Shown in pieces: positions 42,257 through 55,459 of a DNA stretch of 64,000 bases; the stretch's first letter is position 1; the number at the start of each line of letters is the position of its first letter. The DNA is from Octopus vulgaris. Taxonomy: Eukaryota. The position numbers and the translations under genes are program-made. The notes under the pieces are model-generated. The model worked only from the letters and a program-made list of their open reading frames with translations, was not told where the DNA came from and searched no databases. The DNA lies in assembly GCA_951406725.2 (NCBI GenBank), contig OX597819.1, forward strand, positions 130,200,001 to 130,264,000. The letters are read 5' to 3'.

Positions 42257-42633
42257 GGCAGCAATATTCACTGGAAATAGCAGTCAATACTATTACGACA
42301 CTGTAATAAAGCTTCACTGTTCTCGTTTTGTTAACGGTTAAACGTTCAGGCGAGTATACAGGCATTGATGTAGCAACATTTGAAATATTCTCTAGGTAAA
42401 TGCAGCTGATGAAGACTGATCAAATTTACGTTGACAAACGTATTTGAAGAGTCAGAAACCTAGGTACTGCATTATCCGATTCTGGGTTGTCCATTTACCG
42501 AATGTTCTTCCTAGAAGTAAGACAAATTTTTCATGTTTATTGCACTCACACGTCTTTGTCAGTATATACGCAGTGAACCTTTACTATAGCGTCGTAATTG
42601 TATCGACTGCTATTTCCAGTGAATATTGGTGCC
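42257..42633 (+). mobile_element. ~380-bp non-coding element with ~63-bp terminal inverted repeats enclosing a hammerhead
   Basis: 42257-42319 pairs with 42571-42633; (TA)n nearby on both sides. Confidence 0.85.
42399..42473 (+). ncRNA. Type I hammerhead ribozyme motif with intact core
   Basis: AATGCAG-CTGATGA-A-GACT...TCAAAT..TACGTT(GACA)AACGTA.TTTGA..AGTC-A-GAAA-CCTAGG-TA-CTGCATT; 7-bp stem I, palindromic stem III, GUA site. Confidence 0.9.
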
Positions 42634-43319
42634 GTATTAATCTATATATATATATATATCATTTAATATAAACAATTTACAAAAGCTACAGATAGCTTTA
42701 TATATTGTCGATACAATACATTGGTAGATTTATATAATATGGCAGACTCAGAGCATACCTTTTGATTAAAAAGTAGGATGCTAGTCTGAGAAAACACGAA
42801 GAGGGTCGATGCAAAAACTGAAACGAGAAAGAAACGAAAAGAAAACCTATAATGGAACCATAAATATAAATGCATATATATGTCTCTATACATGTGAGTG
42901 CTCACGTGTATGTGTATAGATGCATTCATATTATAATTGCTCTGGCTGGACAACCAAGCGTATGATTACAGGCATATTCGTAATTATCCAAGCTACTTTT
43001 TTTTGTCAGCTTTTATATCTAAGATTACATCCTCCAGATATTCCTCTTTGAAGACCTGTTTGCGTCTCAACCAGATCGAGCAGCCAGTCTCAAGTTAACC
43101 TAATTGGGAATGAGCCGCATGCATATTATTCAGACATTGGCAGAATAACCTACTCTGCTAGAAATGGCTGACGATTTGTCTTGGCGAGGTTACATCTTAC
43201 TGCTAATACAGCATAAACAAATGCCGAGGATGTAGTTTAACAAGCGAGATCAATTAATGATAATGCAAACCCAGCCAGTGTTGGGGGGATGCTCTTTTCT
43301 ATATTAATTTTGTGCTTAA

Positions 43320-43640
43320 GAAGCTTGCTTCCCAACTACGTGATTCTAGGTTCAGCCCCACTGCCTGGCACTTTGGGAAAGTGTCTTCTACTATAGGTTC
43401 GGACACCGACCAAAGCCTTGTAAATGGATTTGGCTGGCAGAAACTGAAAGAAGCCCGTCATATATATGCGCGCGCGCGTGTTTAGCCCCCCCCCCACCAC
43501 CACCGCTTGACAACCGGTGTTGGTGTGTTTGCGTTCCCGTAACAAAAGATCTAAAAAATAAGTCATGGGTCTGATTTGTTCGACTGAAAACCTTCAAGGT
43601 AGTACCCCAACATGGCCGCAGTCAAATGACTGAAACATTA
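43320..43640 (+). mobile_element. Diverged SINE family B
   Basis: ggcactttgggaaagtgtcttctactatag...gaaactgaaagaagcccgtc...catggccgcagtcaaatgactgaaaca. Confidence 0.85.
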
Positions 43641-43994
43641 GAGGTAGAAGAATGGCTAACATTTGAATTGAGGGTCCTTTGAAGAACTAAACAAAGTAGA
43701 AGTTAACAATGACCTTTTAACTCGAGATGAGGGCCTCACTAAGCTCGAGAGCAAAACAGAAATAGAAAAATAAATTGCGGTTCGACGATGGAAAGCGATG
43801 TAGGATGAGGATCGATGGGAGTTTACTACAGGGTTGTTGATTGACTGTTAATGCTGTTGTTGTTGTTTAGCAGCAGATCATTTCTGGTTGTGGAGATCAA
43901 TGATCACAGGCGTTGCTACTGATATTTTAAGGGACATCATTTCTTCTTTCGAGCAGGGGACATGCTTGATTATCCTCCTGGGACAACAGTGGCA

Positions 43995-44095
43995 ACAATG
44001 ACGACGACGACGTTGTTGATGTTGAAGATGATGATGATGATGATGATGATGATGACGACGACGACGACGATGATGATGATGATGATGATGATGAC

Positions 44096-44146
<51 letters not shown>

Positions 44147-44435
44147 GGTGATGATGACGATGATGATGATGATGACGATGATGATAGTGGTGGTTCTGAT
44201 GGAGTGATAATGATAGTGATGATGAATATGATGATGATGATGATGATGATGACGATGATGACGATGACGATGACGATGATGATGATGATGATGATGATGA
44301 AGGTGATGATGATGATGATGATGATGATGACGATGATGATGATGATGATGATGATGACGATGATGATAGTGGTGGTTCTGATGGAGTGATAATGATAGTG
44401 ATGATGACGACGGCGACGACGACGACAACGATGAT
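43995..44435. repeat. (GAT)n tract with an internal ~185-bp tandem duplication
   Basis: The interruptions gaaggtgat and gatagtggtggttctgatggagtgataatgatagtgatgatga each occur twice. Confidence 0.85.
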
Positions 44436-45285
44436 AAAAATTATCCTTATTGTTGTTGTTGTTGTTGTAATCATTATCTTTACTGTGTAGTATGTGTTAA
44501 TACCATCGAAAGGTTTGAGCGTGACTTCGAAGTTTCAGCTTACTTGACCTCCTCTGACTGCTTAATGCTAACAATTAACCGAAACTAGGCCCGTGAGTAT
44601 TTTTAAGTGTTTGCGTAAATGTGTTTGTATGTTTGTGTGCCATTTTGTGTACGTAAGTGTGTGTGTGTGTGTGTGTATGTGTGTGTGTGTGTGTGTGCGC
44701 ATGCGCTTAATGCAAACCAAAGAGAAAAATGCTTTGTGCTAAATATTGTAAAATATGTCCTCCTTACGCGTCCGATCAGAATAATAATAAAGAAAGCAGA
44801 AGCAAAAAACTTCACAATGGATATTTACGGACAAGAGACAACGATTTTAAAGCCCATTGATAAAACGACGAATCTTCGATCTAGTCTATTGGAATACAGC
44901 TAATAGACGCATTAGGTTTCGATTTGGCGAAAACACAAATGTATTTCTGTGGTTGAAATACTATAAGGGAAGATAACAATTTAAATGTAGCGCGATTAAA
45001 TAAGGGCTTCGATTATTTTGCACGGCAATTTTTGTCCACGAGCTAATTGATTGCAGCTCTGATTTGAGGGCTGTTGAATGAATAAGCCATTAGCAAGGAT
45101 CAATGATATGCTTATACACATATACGTATATAGACAAATAGTTACATGAACAGACACATAGATAGATAGAGAGATAGATACATACATACATACATACATA
45201 CATACATACATACATACATACATACATACATACATACATACATACATACATAGACAGGCATAATTTCGTGCATAAGCACTGGTAT

Positions 45286-45342
<57 letters not shown>

Positions 45343-46387
45343 GCATATTTAAACACATACACAAGAGCTTGCACGCATGCACACATACACATGCACGCAC
45401 GCACATACACACACACACACGAACGCACGCATACACGGTCGTAACTCCTATCCCCATTACAACTTAAATGTCTAGAGAGATGGAGAGAGAGATGGAGAGA
45501 GACAGAGACAGACAAACTGAGAGAGAGAGAGAGACATTATGAAGATAGAAAGTAAGGAAGAATTAGTGAATGTCCGTTGTATTTGCGTGAGGAAGGCGAG
45601 GTGGAGAGAGAATAGAAGAGCGCGATAAATAGAGCCGGGGAGAGCGAAGCGCGAAAATGAAGAAAGCGTGATAGCGCGAGAGAGATGAACACAGAGAGTG
45701 AGAGAGGGAGAGAGAGGTAGAGGAAAGAGAGCGAGAGAGTGAGAGAGAGTGCTGCAGATCAAGATATAGTCTGAGAGCGAACATGACCGAGATAGTGAGT
45801 GAAGCAGAGGTAGTAAGAGGAGGATAAGGTGAAAGAGAGAGAGGGAGATAGTGAATGATTACAAGTAAGAGAGAGCGATGCACGCAAATGAACACACACA
45901 CACACACAAATGAAGAATACACAAATATGTATAGAGGCGAGAGAAGCAGAGAGAAGCAGGGGGAGAAGTTTGTGAGGAGACATCAGAGGAGTAAAGAAAA
46001 GGAGAGAGAAGGACAGGCGTAGCAGTTTGATAGAGAGACAAAAAGAGAGAGAGCGAGAGAGAGAGTGGGGGGGAGTAGAATGAGTTAAAGCCGAAGGTAT
46101 GGAAAGTACATAACAGAATTTATGCAAATATTAATATTGGCTGCTAATATATGATAATATAGCATAAATGGCCTCCCAAACCAGCAAATATCGGTGATAG
46201 TACACACGTACCCACACACACACAAAGACAGATATGTGTGTATACATTACATATATACATGTATTTCTCTTTGTACACATGTATATGTAATGTATACACA
46301 CGCACACATAAATATATGCATATATATATATATTTCGTTTTTGGATTTGGTTTGCAGGATTCTTTATGTGAGTTCGTGTGTTGAAGC

Positions 46388-46670
46388 ATATTCTGTTGTG
46401 TCTGGGGGAGAGTCCTTTTCTTTTTGTGCCTTATAAACTTAACACACTCACTGGTAAAATTTCCACTTATTTACTTATTTATTTTCTCTAAAATTTTCGA
46501 TGCGTTTTGCAGCCTTTTCAATAGTTGTTGAGAGTCAACAACTATTGAGAAGGATGCAAGACGCAAGGAAATTTTAGGAAAATAAAAATAAGATGATGTG
46601 TGGAAATTTTACCGAAGAGTGTGTTAAATTATAAGGCACTAAAAGAGAATGACTCTCCCCAGACATAACA
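46388..46670. mobile_element. Near-palindromic ~280-bp fold-back element (3-nt loop at 46532-46534) carrying U3-A8 variant hammerhead motifs
   Basis: Arms are reverse complements from gtctggggagagtc inward to gttgttga|gag|tcaacaac; right end abuts (TA)n. Confidence 0.85.
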
Positions 46671-46797
46671 ACATATATATATATATATATATAAAGTTAA
46701 TCCAAATATGAAAATACTAAGAGAAAACTCAACAACGCGAGGACGTGGAACAAGTATAGTATTATTGGACGCTCAGGAAAGGAAAGAAAGGATGAGA

Positions 46798-46832
46798 ATT
46801 TAACGTTTCGAGCGGAGCTCTTCGTCAGAAAC
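46798..46832 (-). ncRNA. Ultra-minimal type I hammerhead motif in a ~155-bp element (46697-46851) between (TA)n tracts
   Basis: Minus strand GTTT-CTGACGA-A-GAGC(TCC)GCTC-GAAA-CG-T-T-AAAT; stem III reduced to palindromic ACGT. Confidence 0.7.
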
Positions 46833-46849
46833 ATAGAAAAAGGAAACGT

Positions 46850-46903
<54 letters not shown>

Positions 46904-46911
46904 GTATATAT

Positions 46912-46977
<66 letters not shown>

Positions 46978-46987
46978 ACGTATATAT

Positions 46988-47090
<103 letters not shown>

Positions 47091-47229
47091 TACTTTTATA
47101 CGTACAAACTTTATATATTGTAAATATTTAATGATTCACTCTCAACGACCATGTACACAACTCAGGTGTGCCGATAAAACCTTGAGTAATAAACATATTA
47201 ATTACCAGCTATATTATATATAATGTGCT

Positions 47230-47318
<89 letters not shown>

Positions 47319-47869
47319 GAGAGTCAGTGAATGTGTGTGTACAGTATAAATGCGTGTGCATACTTATATACGCACACGCGCACACGCACGTACGTACACA
47401 CAAACACACACACATATATATATATATATATACTGGTATGGCTATATGACTACAAAAGTCCCTCAGCAACCCAGAAACAAACACAAACTTTGCGTCTTAA
47501 AGAAATCCTTGAAACAATGTTGGCTCAAAAGTTCCTGTTAGTAAATCGAGGTTTTAAGTTGAAAATAGCAGAGTAAGTCGAAAAAAGGGATCTCTTAGCT
47601 TGGGTGATTTATACCCTGCTCACGTGTATCTACATATATACGTCTGTGTGCGCCTGTATACACACATGCATATATTTATCTAGACGAGTGCACACCAGCC
47701 TGTATCTCTTTTATCCCTTACATACGTTCACCAGACGTCATATACATGTATGTATACAAAAGGGTATTTTGTCTATGTGTGTATAGATATGTATATAATC
47801 CATTTGTGTCTGTGTATATATGTGTGTGTGTGTGTGTCTACTGTCTATGCATCAACACCTACATATTTA

Positions 47870-49210
47870 TGTGAACGACCTTCGTGCTATAGACGGCATC
47901 CTCATCCTTGTCCATTTTTGCCTCCCAAACCCATCCTACTTACAAACTAACATATGGTTTTCGGTTCTACTACTCAACATCACATCCTACACACCGCACT
48001 CCCCTTATAAACAAATTATTAAATTAGTAAATAAATAAACTATTAAATTAATCAACTTGAAAATCAACAAACACCTTACCCATCTCTGCAGCACCCTACA
48101 CATACCCTCTTTCATTCTACTCTGTTCTGTTACTTCCATTGTCTCTGAAACAAATTTACCTACTCTAGAATACACACGATCAAACCACACCGACGCTATT
48201 TAATTGCTTATACATATAACTTCTTTTCTTGTCTCTGGTCATAACCGCTCCTCAAAAGCTAATTGGATGCTCCCTCGGAAATTCACTTTCTTTTTTACAC
48301 TTAAACCCTTTATAATATCCTCTCATTCTCCCTTTATTTGAGTACACTTCCTCCTTTCCAACAATATATTATCCACGGGTTGACAGATTAAACTCATGTA
48401 ACTTCGTTGTCTAACGGCCAAAACAGACCTTTTTGTCCCTTTGTACAACATCCAACTCAACTGCATATACCACTCGCCACGCCCCAAACTAACGCATAGA
48501 TAGATTCTGCCTACAAATAAAAACAAAATCTCCTCACGCGCACCATACCACACATCCACCACACTAGTCCGATTCAAACTCATTCCCTAAAAGTACAACC
48601 ATCACTTCCTAAAACTTTTTTTTCTGTATATACCTGTATTATACGTTGATCCCTATACACACATATACACACAATCACAAGTTCTCTTTTAGGATACAGG
48701 AAAGGCGCAACGTCACGTCCTTGGCCAGCCACATATGGCACTTAAAAGTGGAAGGAACCCCATACATAAATGGAAGCTCCTTGAGAAATCAAGGGCTTAA
48801 ATAAACGGGAACAAACGACATAAGCTTTGTTTAGTTGAGACGGCAAGAATCCTAAATAAACTCACTCGATCCGGGGACCTTTTTAAACTCTAAGAAAGAA
48901 GTATTCAGTCAATTCCCTTATCTAAAACGTTTCCCATTACTGACTTGGAATTCCCCTTCCGTTGAATAGCCCTGCCACATCTTCGAATATCACCGTGGCC
49001 AGAGCTTATATAATGGGGATGACTCTGTACAGCCCGCAGCACGGACAATTATCTTTTGCTTACGAAACCAACTGACTGTTACGTATTTCTTCCTCCATTT
49101 GTAGAGACGTTATGCGCATTCAGCCATTTGAGTGTGATAAGTCGCCTTTACTGATGAGAGCTTTATAGGTATAATGTTAAAAGTTATGACCGGCCATAAC
49201 TTTTAACTTC
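47870..49210 (+). mobile_element. Decayed Penelope-like element 3' half (linker, GIY-YIG C-terminus, pLTR remnant)
   Basis: TNIWFS (~47950), NHKFSFRIQERRNVTSLASHIWHLK...KWKLLEKSRA*INGNKRHKLCLVE (~48670-48840), followed by CTGATGA at 49151. The 5' boundary is approximate. Confidence 0.75.
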
Positions 49211-49235
49211 CCAATACGTGAGTGTGTGTGTGTGT

Positions 49236-49292
<57 letters not shown>

Positions 49293-49930
49293 CGCTCTCA
49301 AACGCTATTGGTAACATATAATCCAGTAAATGGTCAGTTGTCGGTGACTAAACCAGCAACCCCACCAAGATTGCTTGGTAAGAAGGGTGAATATTGGCAC
49401 TTTGCATGATGAAGAAGAAAAACCGTCAAAGGGCTGACGAACTCATAAGAGTCACCGGCTCTTCAACTGAGATCTGTTTTTCATCAGTTTCGTGGCACAC
49501 TTACAATGACTGTTGCTATCGGCAGTAGCGAAATGTGTGAATGGTCCCACACAAGCAATTTCCACATTCAGCAAGTCACTATGTGGGTTGTCCAAGAGAT
49601 TAGCTTCCTCCACTTCTTTATTAAGATCATCCTGAGTCCTATTTCCGTGAGGAGGTCCATCATATATGAATGTAAACCTCATACCAAATGAAATTGACTT
49701 CATGTTTGAATCTCCGGTGAAGCTATAGGGCGATACACAAACATTGAACTATGATCGCATTGCATCTAATAGCAGAAGCAGCAGTAAACTAGAAAAGGTC
49801 ATGACATAATTTCTTATTCCTTTGTCGTCCCAATTTCCTTTTACCGCTCTGTACTCGGCTGACACTTCGTTCTGAAGCATATCTATATCAAGTTCTAACA
49901 CCAAGTTATTAGTATCGTTATACCTAAGCG

Positions 49931-49968
<38 letters not shown>

Positions 49969-50136
49969 TTATAAATAAGGATAATATCGATATTTAAATA
50001 TCGATCGTATCAAGTGGCCAGCATGGGAATAAATACCATATAGCAGTCAAAACCTTGACCCGATATGAACATTTAAGGTGGTCTTTAGAGTCAAGGTTTT
50101 GACTGCTATTTCAGCATGGTGGTATCTCTGATATAC

Positions 50137-50220
<84 letters not shown>

Positions 50221-50589
50221 GTATATGAGGGATGACCACTAAGTGGACATCCATTATGCTAGATGTAGATCCCATATGGTCTGACCACTAAGAAAAGATT
50301 GTTCTCAAGAAAATTCAGCAAACGCCAGAACGCAAGCGAGCAAGACAAATGGAAACACAAAATATAAAGATTAATCTCAAACCCGGTTTCATTGTTACTA
50401 CTTACACAATATTTGCGCAATATGAACTTTCTAAACATCATGGGAACGTTATCAACTTGAGGTTAGCTGACTTGTTCACAAACTAACAAATGTTTAATGA
50501 GGGATCGAATCATTGTAATGATGCTGTCTTGCCATCTTCCAATCTGGATTCCGGGATAGCAAAAGACACATGGAATAATTACAAGAACA

Positions 50590-50745
50590 ACTAAGACGCA
50601 AATAAAAACGATATGGTTCAATCCACCATTCAGCTAAACGGTTGTTGTATCATTTGCTAAAATGTTTTTTTATTGTAATAAAAGTTTCCTTTGCCTCATA
50701 AATATTACAAAATATTTAACAAAAATTACATCAAAAGTTCATAAT
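50590..50745 (+). pseudogene. PLE RT-endonuclease linker fragment
   Basis: TIWFNPPFS...FPLPHKYYKIFNKNYIKSS matches the PLE signature IIWFNPPYS...HFP..HKL.KIFNRN.IK.SY. Confidence 0.8.
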
Positions 50746-50976
50746 CAGCTATACACAAAATCCAACCAATTTCAACGCAGGTGATATGGGTGAGTTTAGT
50801 TAGAAGGTTTCTATAGAAGTCCAGCTGGTGGACTGTTGCTCTTCTTCGAAAGCCATCCTTGGTATTGTGTCGTACTGATTCCACTTGAGAATTACTTAAT
50901 GAGCATGCGCATCAATTCAGTTGATTGAATAAGTGAACGCCTACACGTCGAAATCGACGGAAGGGTTTATGCATAC

Positions 50977-51007
<31 letters not shown>

Positions 51008-51404
51008 CCGCACACACACACAAACACACGTACATGTATGTATGTATGTATGTATGTATGTATGTATGTATGTATGTATGTATGTATATTTTGGCATGGT
51101 GGCGTCTCTCAGACACCCTTGTAAAAAGATTATCACCTTTGTATGGTATTTACTCCCATGCTGGCCACTCGATAATAATCGATATTTAAATATGGATATT
51201 ATCCTTATTTATAAATTTATATAATTCGTCACTATATTCACTGCGGTGTTTATTTTGACCATATCGTGCTTATGAGGTGGTTGGCGGGCAATTTGAACTG
51301 ACCTTGTACATACGTGCATATATATGTATGTATGAACGTTCGTATCTGTAAGTATAACGTGTGTTCTGTATATATATATTTGTATTTATGTGCCCATCTG
51401 GTAT

Positions 51405-51463
51405 ATTCAACTGATGAAGGCAGAGCTTATTTGAAGCAAAGCTAGAAATCCAGGATCTTCAAT
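51405..51463 (+). ncRNA. Type I hammerhead motif with intact core
   Basis: ATTCAA-CTGATGA-...GCTT(ATTTG)AAGC...-GAAA-TCCAGGA-TC-TTCAAT; one C-C mismatch in stem I, AUC site. Confidence 0.7.
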
Positions 51464-51915
51464 TATCCAGTAATATTTTTTGCTAGTCTATTTTGTCCCT
51501 CTGTCTTATCTCATGGTGCGATATGAACATTTAAGGTGGTTTTTAGAGTCAGGGATTTGACCCTATTTCGGCACGGTGGTGTCTCTCAGATACCCTTATT
51601 TATAGCTGTAAAAAAATTATTACCTTTGTATGGTATTTATTCCTATGCTGGCCACTTGATAATATCGATATTTAAATATCTTTAATGTTGGATAAAATTT
51701 TTTTCGAAAAAAATTTTATCAATGGCCAGCATATTAAAAAATACCGTTAAAGGTTAAAATTATAAACAACTTATAAATAAGGGCAAACGAAAAAATTTCT
51801 AATGCCAAATACGCCGAAAATAGGACATATTGTCCATAACTATATAGTTTTTCACAATACGCACGCTACTCGAAAAAAAGCCGACCGAAATTTCTAAAAA
51901 ATTCCATTATTACCA

Positions 51916-51968
51916 TATCGGACCGATTTCAGGGTTAGTTCGTAAGAACCCTCCCTTCGTCAGTGATA
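51916..51968 (-). ncRNA. Type I hammerhead motif with intact core
   Basis: Minus strand TATCA-CTGACGA-AGGG..GTTC(TTAC)GAAC..CCCT-GAAA-TCGG-TC-CGATA; GUC site, with single-base defects in stems I and III. Confidence 0.75.
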
Positions 51969-52020
51969 AATGTGGCAAAGAAATAAATGAGATACTTACT
52001 CTTAAATATCGATATTATCC

Positions 52021-52096
<76 letters not shown>

Positions 52097-52109
52097 GTAT
52101 ATACACATA

Positions 52110-52154
<45 letters not shown>

Positions 52155-52160
52155 TTACAT

Positions 52161-52219
<59 letters not shown>

Positions 52220-53109
52220 TTATCTGGCCATCGGTTTCCTTGTAGAGAAATTCTAAGAGCTCCATGAATACCATTAATTTATCAACAACCACCATAATTA
52301 GATAATAATAATTTTAATCTAATTTCATTTATTCTAACTTACATATTAATCTCATAACTCCTACACTCAAATCAATTCCTCTCACATATCCCCTTACTGC
52401 TTCATAAAGTTCCTCTTTTTGTTGTACAGTTACATATCTTATTAAAGTTTGACCTTTTTTTTCTTTGCACATTATCTCTCTTTGGTTATACAATTAGACA
52501 TTTTAAACAATATCGACTTTCCTTACATGCTTCTTCCGCCATAAGTTAAATAATTATTGCGGATTATACCTTTGTATACATAACAACGCACATATTGACA
52601 ATAGCTCTTAAACTATTGCTTATACGTATTTTTTATGTGTACAAAATTATAACAAAAAACGTATAGAGATATGTGTTTTCTTAACTCAATTCAGATTACC
52701 ATAAACCTAGACATTCTGTTATTATTGAATTATAAGCCAACTTTGTTTTAAAAACCGTCATTTTGAATATACTAGCATCTTTAATTACTCTTGGCTCACA
52801 ATGCTAACACGGAATAATTCAGACAGTTTTATCAATAATCAGAAATACAAAACATATCCCATTGGCTCTATTCTTTCCGATATATTCCATTCAGTAAGAC
52901 AAAATATTTGTCTGAAAATAGCGTTTAGTAACATGAGAATTATGTCTCATTGCTCCGACGATTAAGAAGCTGAAACACTAAATTTTTTTGCGAAGGTAAT
53001 ACAGCTTTCTGTTGAAAATAAATCAAAGCCTGCTTCTTTAAGAAACAGGTATTGAGTTCTTGTTTTTCTTTCTAGTCTGTTTTTTTTTTCCTCTCAAGCC
53101 CTCAAATGG

Positions 53110-53440
53110 GAGCTCGGGGATCAAGGAATTTCTCCTGGTTGAACCGCTGCTTCCGCGCTTTAAAAGGTCGCAGGCTTGGTGCCATGGATACGTGATGAAA
53201 ATGTCGTGGGAAAAATTCACAAGACAGAATCTCCAAGCCAAGCAGGGGACCTAAGGGTATACCTTAGAAGAAGAAGATGTTTGGATAATATTCATAATCT
53301 AAGTCGGTCACATTGGGGAATCCTTCCAGAAAGTGTAGCCACAGTCATTTATGATAGGACTATGGAGAAGGTGCTCGAGGACTCACGAACCTCCAGAAAT
53401 AGTGATCGGAGAAGATGTGAGGATAGATGGAGTTCAAATA
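53110..53440 (+). mobile_element. Decayed RTE-clade LINE C-terminal fragment
   Basis: VEPLLPRFKRSQAWCHGYVMKM resembles VEPLLL.IERSQLRW.GHV.RM, followed by CLDNIHNLSRSHWGI. Confidence 0.65.
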
Positions 53441-53821
53441 AAACTATCTTACTCATGCGTATACATACAAGCTTGATCGTCACTCGAATGGAAGTATGAC
53501 CAGATACCTCGTACCATGCTGACGCTGGTTGTTTCAGGTACTTCCGTAGAGGTGAACAGACACAATCGCTTCCACAGCCCTTTTACATCTAAATAACTGG
53601 AGTATCCAGATTGTAACACTTGGAGTGAAGCAGACCTTCCCCACGTTGTACTCCTTTTCAGCTGAGGAGTTTAGAACATCGTGTGGTGAAGTGTCTTGCT
53701 CAAGGACTCACTAGGCTACCCGGTTCAGAAATTGATCACCATAAACACTAGGTCACGTGCCTTCACTCTCACTCTTCATGTCTCTCCCCCACTACGCTTT
53801 CTGTATACAACACACACATAT

Positions 53822-53985
53822 ATATTTCTTTATTGCCCACAAGGGGCTAAACATAGAGGACACAAACAGGGACAGACAAAGGGATTAAGTTGATTACATC
53901 GACCCCAGTGCGTAACTGGTACTTAATTATCGACCCCGAAAGGATGAAAGGCAAAGTCGACCTCGGTAGAATTTGAATTCAGACC
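53822..53985 (-). mobile_element. 5'-truncated SINE family A
   Basis: Tail and core match family A. Confidence 0.9.
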
Positions 53986-55459
53986 GTAACACACACAAAC
54001 ACGCACACACACATACACTCACAACACGTCTATGTGTACATAAATGTATCTATATACACACTCATTTACTCACATACACACGCACAGAGAAAAATATATA
54101 TACACACACACATATCTATATGCATGCATACGTACGCATATATACATTTATAGCGAAATACCATAGTCAGCCGAGGATGCGGGCAAAGATGGAAATCTGT
54201 TTGTTGAATAGAACCAATTCCTTCACATATTAATATTATTGATCGTTACAGGAAAGAATGGATGCATTACAATGTCGAGGAGGAAACGGGTTAGCTGGAA
54301 GATCGCATTAGTGGCAATGTGTAGGGTAGGTCAGGAAACTGGATGTGGGGAATGAGACGTTCACGGTAAGTGGTATGTAGGGGAATGTACGCATGTGCGT
54401 TGTGTGTTTAATCTGTCTTTCTATGTCTGTATATATATATATATATAGAAGGTTTGGAGATGATGTACAGGTATTTTATATTAGAAGAAATGAGGTACTC
54501 AGAAATTCGGATGGTTTTATATTTACAGATATTTATTTGCATATTATATGTTTTTATACATCATGTATCATATATTAGCGCTTTCGTCCATTCTGGTGGA
54601 GCTTTCAAATTGATCTAAGTTCTTGTGGAAAAATTTGACCATTTTTATAGTGTTATTGAGTGTTTTATAGTGTTATTGAGTGTATGTATATATATATATA
54701 TATATATGCATACACACACATTACGTGTGTATGTCTGCGTATGCTTTTGTTTGTATGTCTATATGCCTGCGTGGATGTGTGTGATGTGTGTATGTGCATG
54801 CATAAATACATATACATACATATTTACATGCATACATACATACAAATATGTATGACCATAACTCCCTCTCACTCTCATGTTCTCTCTCCCTCCTTCCCCC
54901 TCCCTCTCTCCCCACTATCTTATGGTATGTTTCTGATAGTGTAGTTAGGTATTTAGCTCAACTGGTCACTACATGGAAGTCTTGTGAAAATCTTTATTAA
55001 TATCTATAATTGTATTTATTTCATTCGGGAATGATGGAGTAAATGGTGATTATGATAATGACAATGATGATGATGATGATGATGACGATGATGATGACGA
55101 CGACGACGACGACGACGATGATGATGATGACGATTATGATGATGATGACGATTATGATGATGATGACGACGATGATGACGATTATGATGATGATGATGAT
55201 GATGATAATGATTTCAAACAGGATGAGTAACTTTGGGAGGGGGGTTATTCGATTACATCGATAAAAGAAAGTACACTGACTGGTACTTTATTTTATCGAC
55301 CTGAAAAGGAGGAAAGACGAAGCTGACTCCGGTGGCATTTGAACTCTGGACGCAATGAACCCAAGAAAAAATGCTTCAATGTACTCACCCTCTCCCCTAA
55401 AATTGCCAACCATGAGCCAAAACTAGAAATCATCACCATCATCATCATTATTATTATTT

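Larger units (their letters stand above)
49962..52025. mobile_element. Mosaic of direct and inverted PLE pLTR-like segments around a PLE coding remnant
   Basis: 49962-50040 is the reverse complement of 51142-51220; 50062-50142 repeats at ~51519-51600; 51088-51195 repeats at ~51565-51680; degraded inverted copy at ~51715-51830. Confidence 0.8.
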
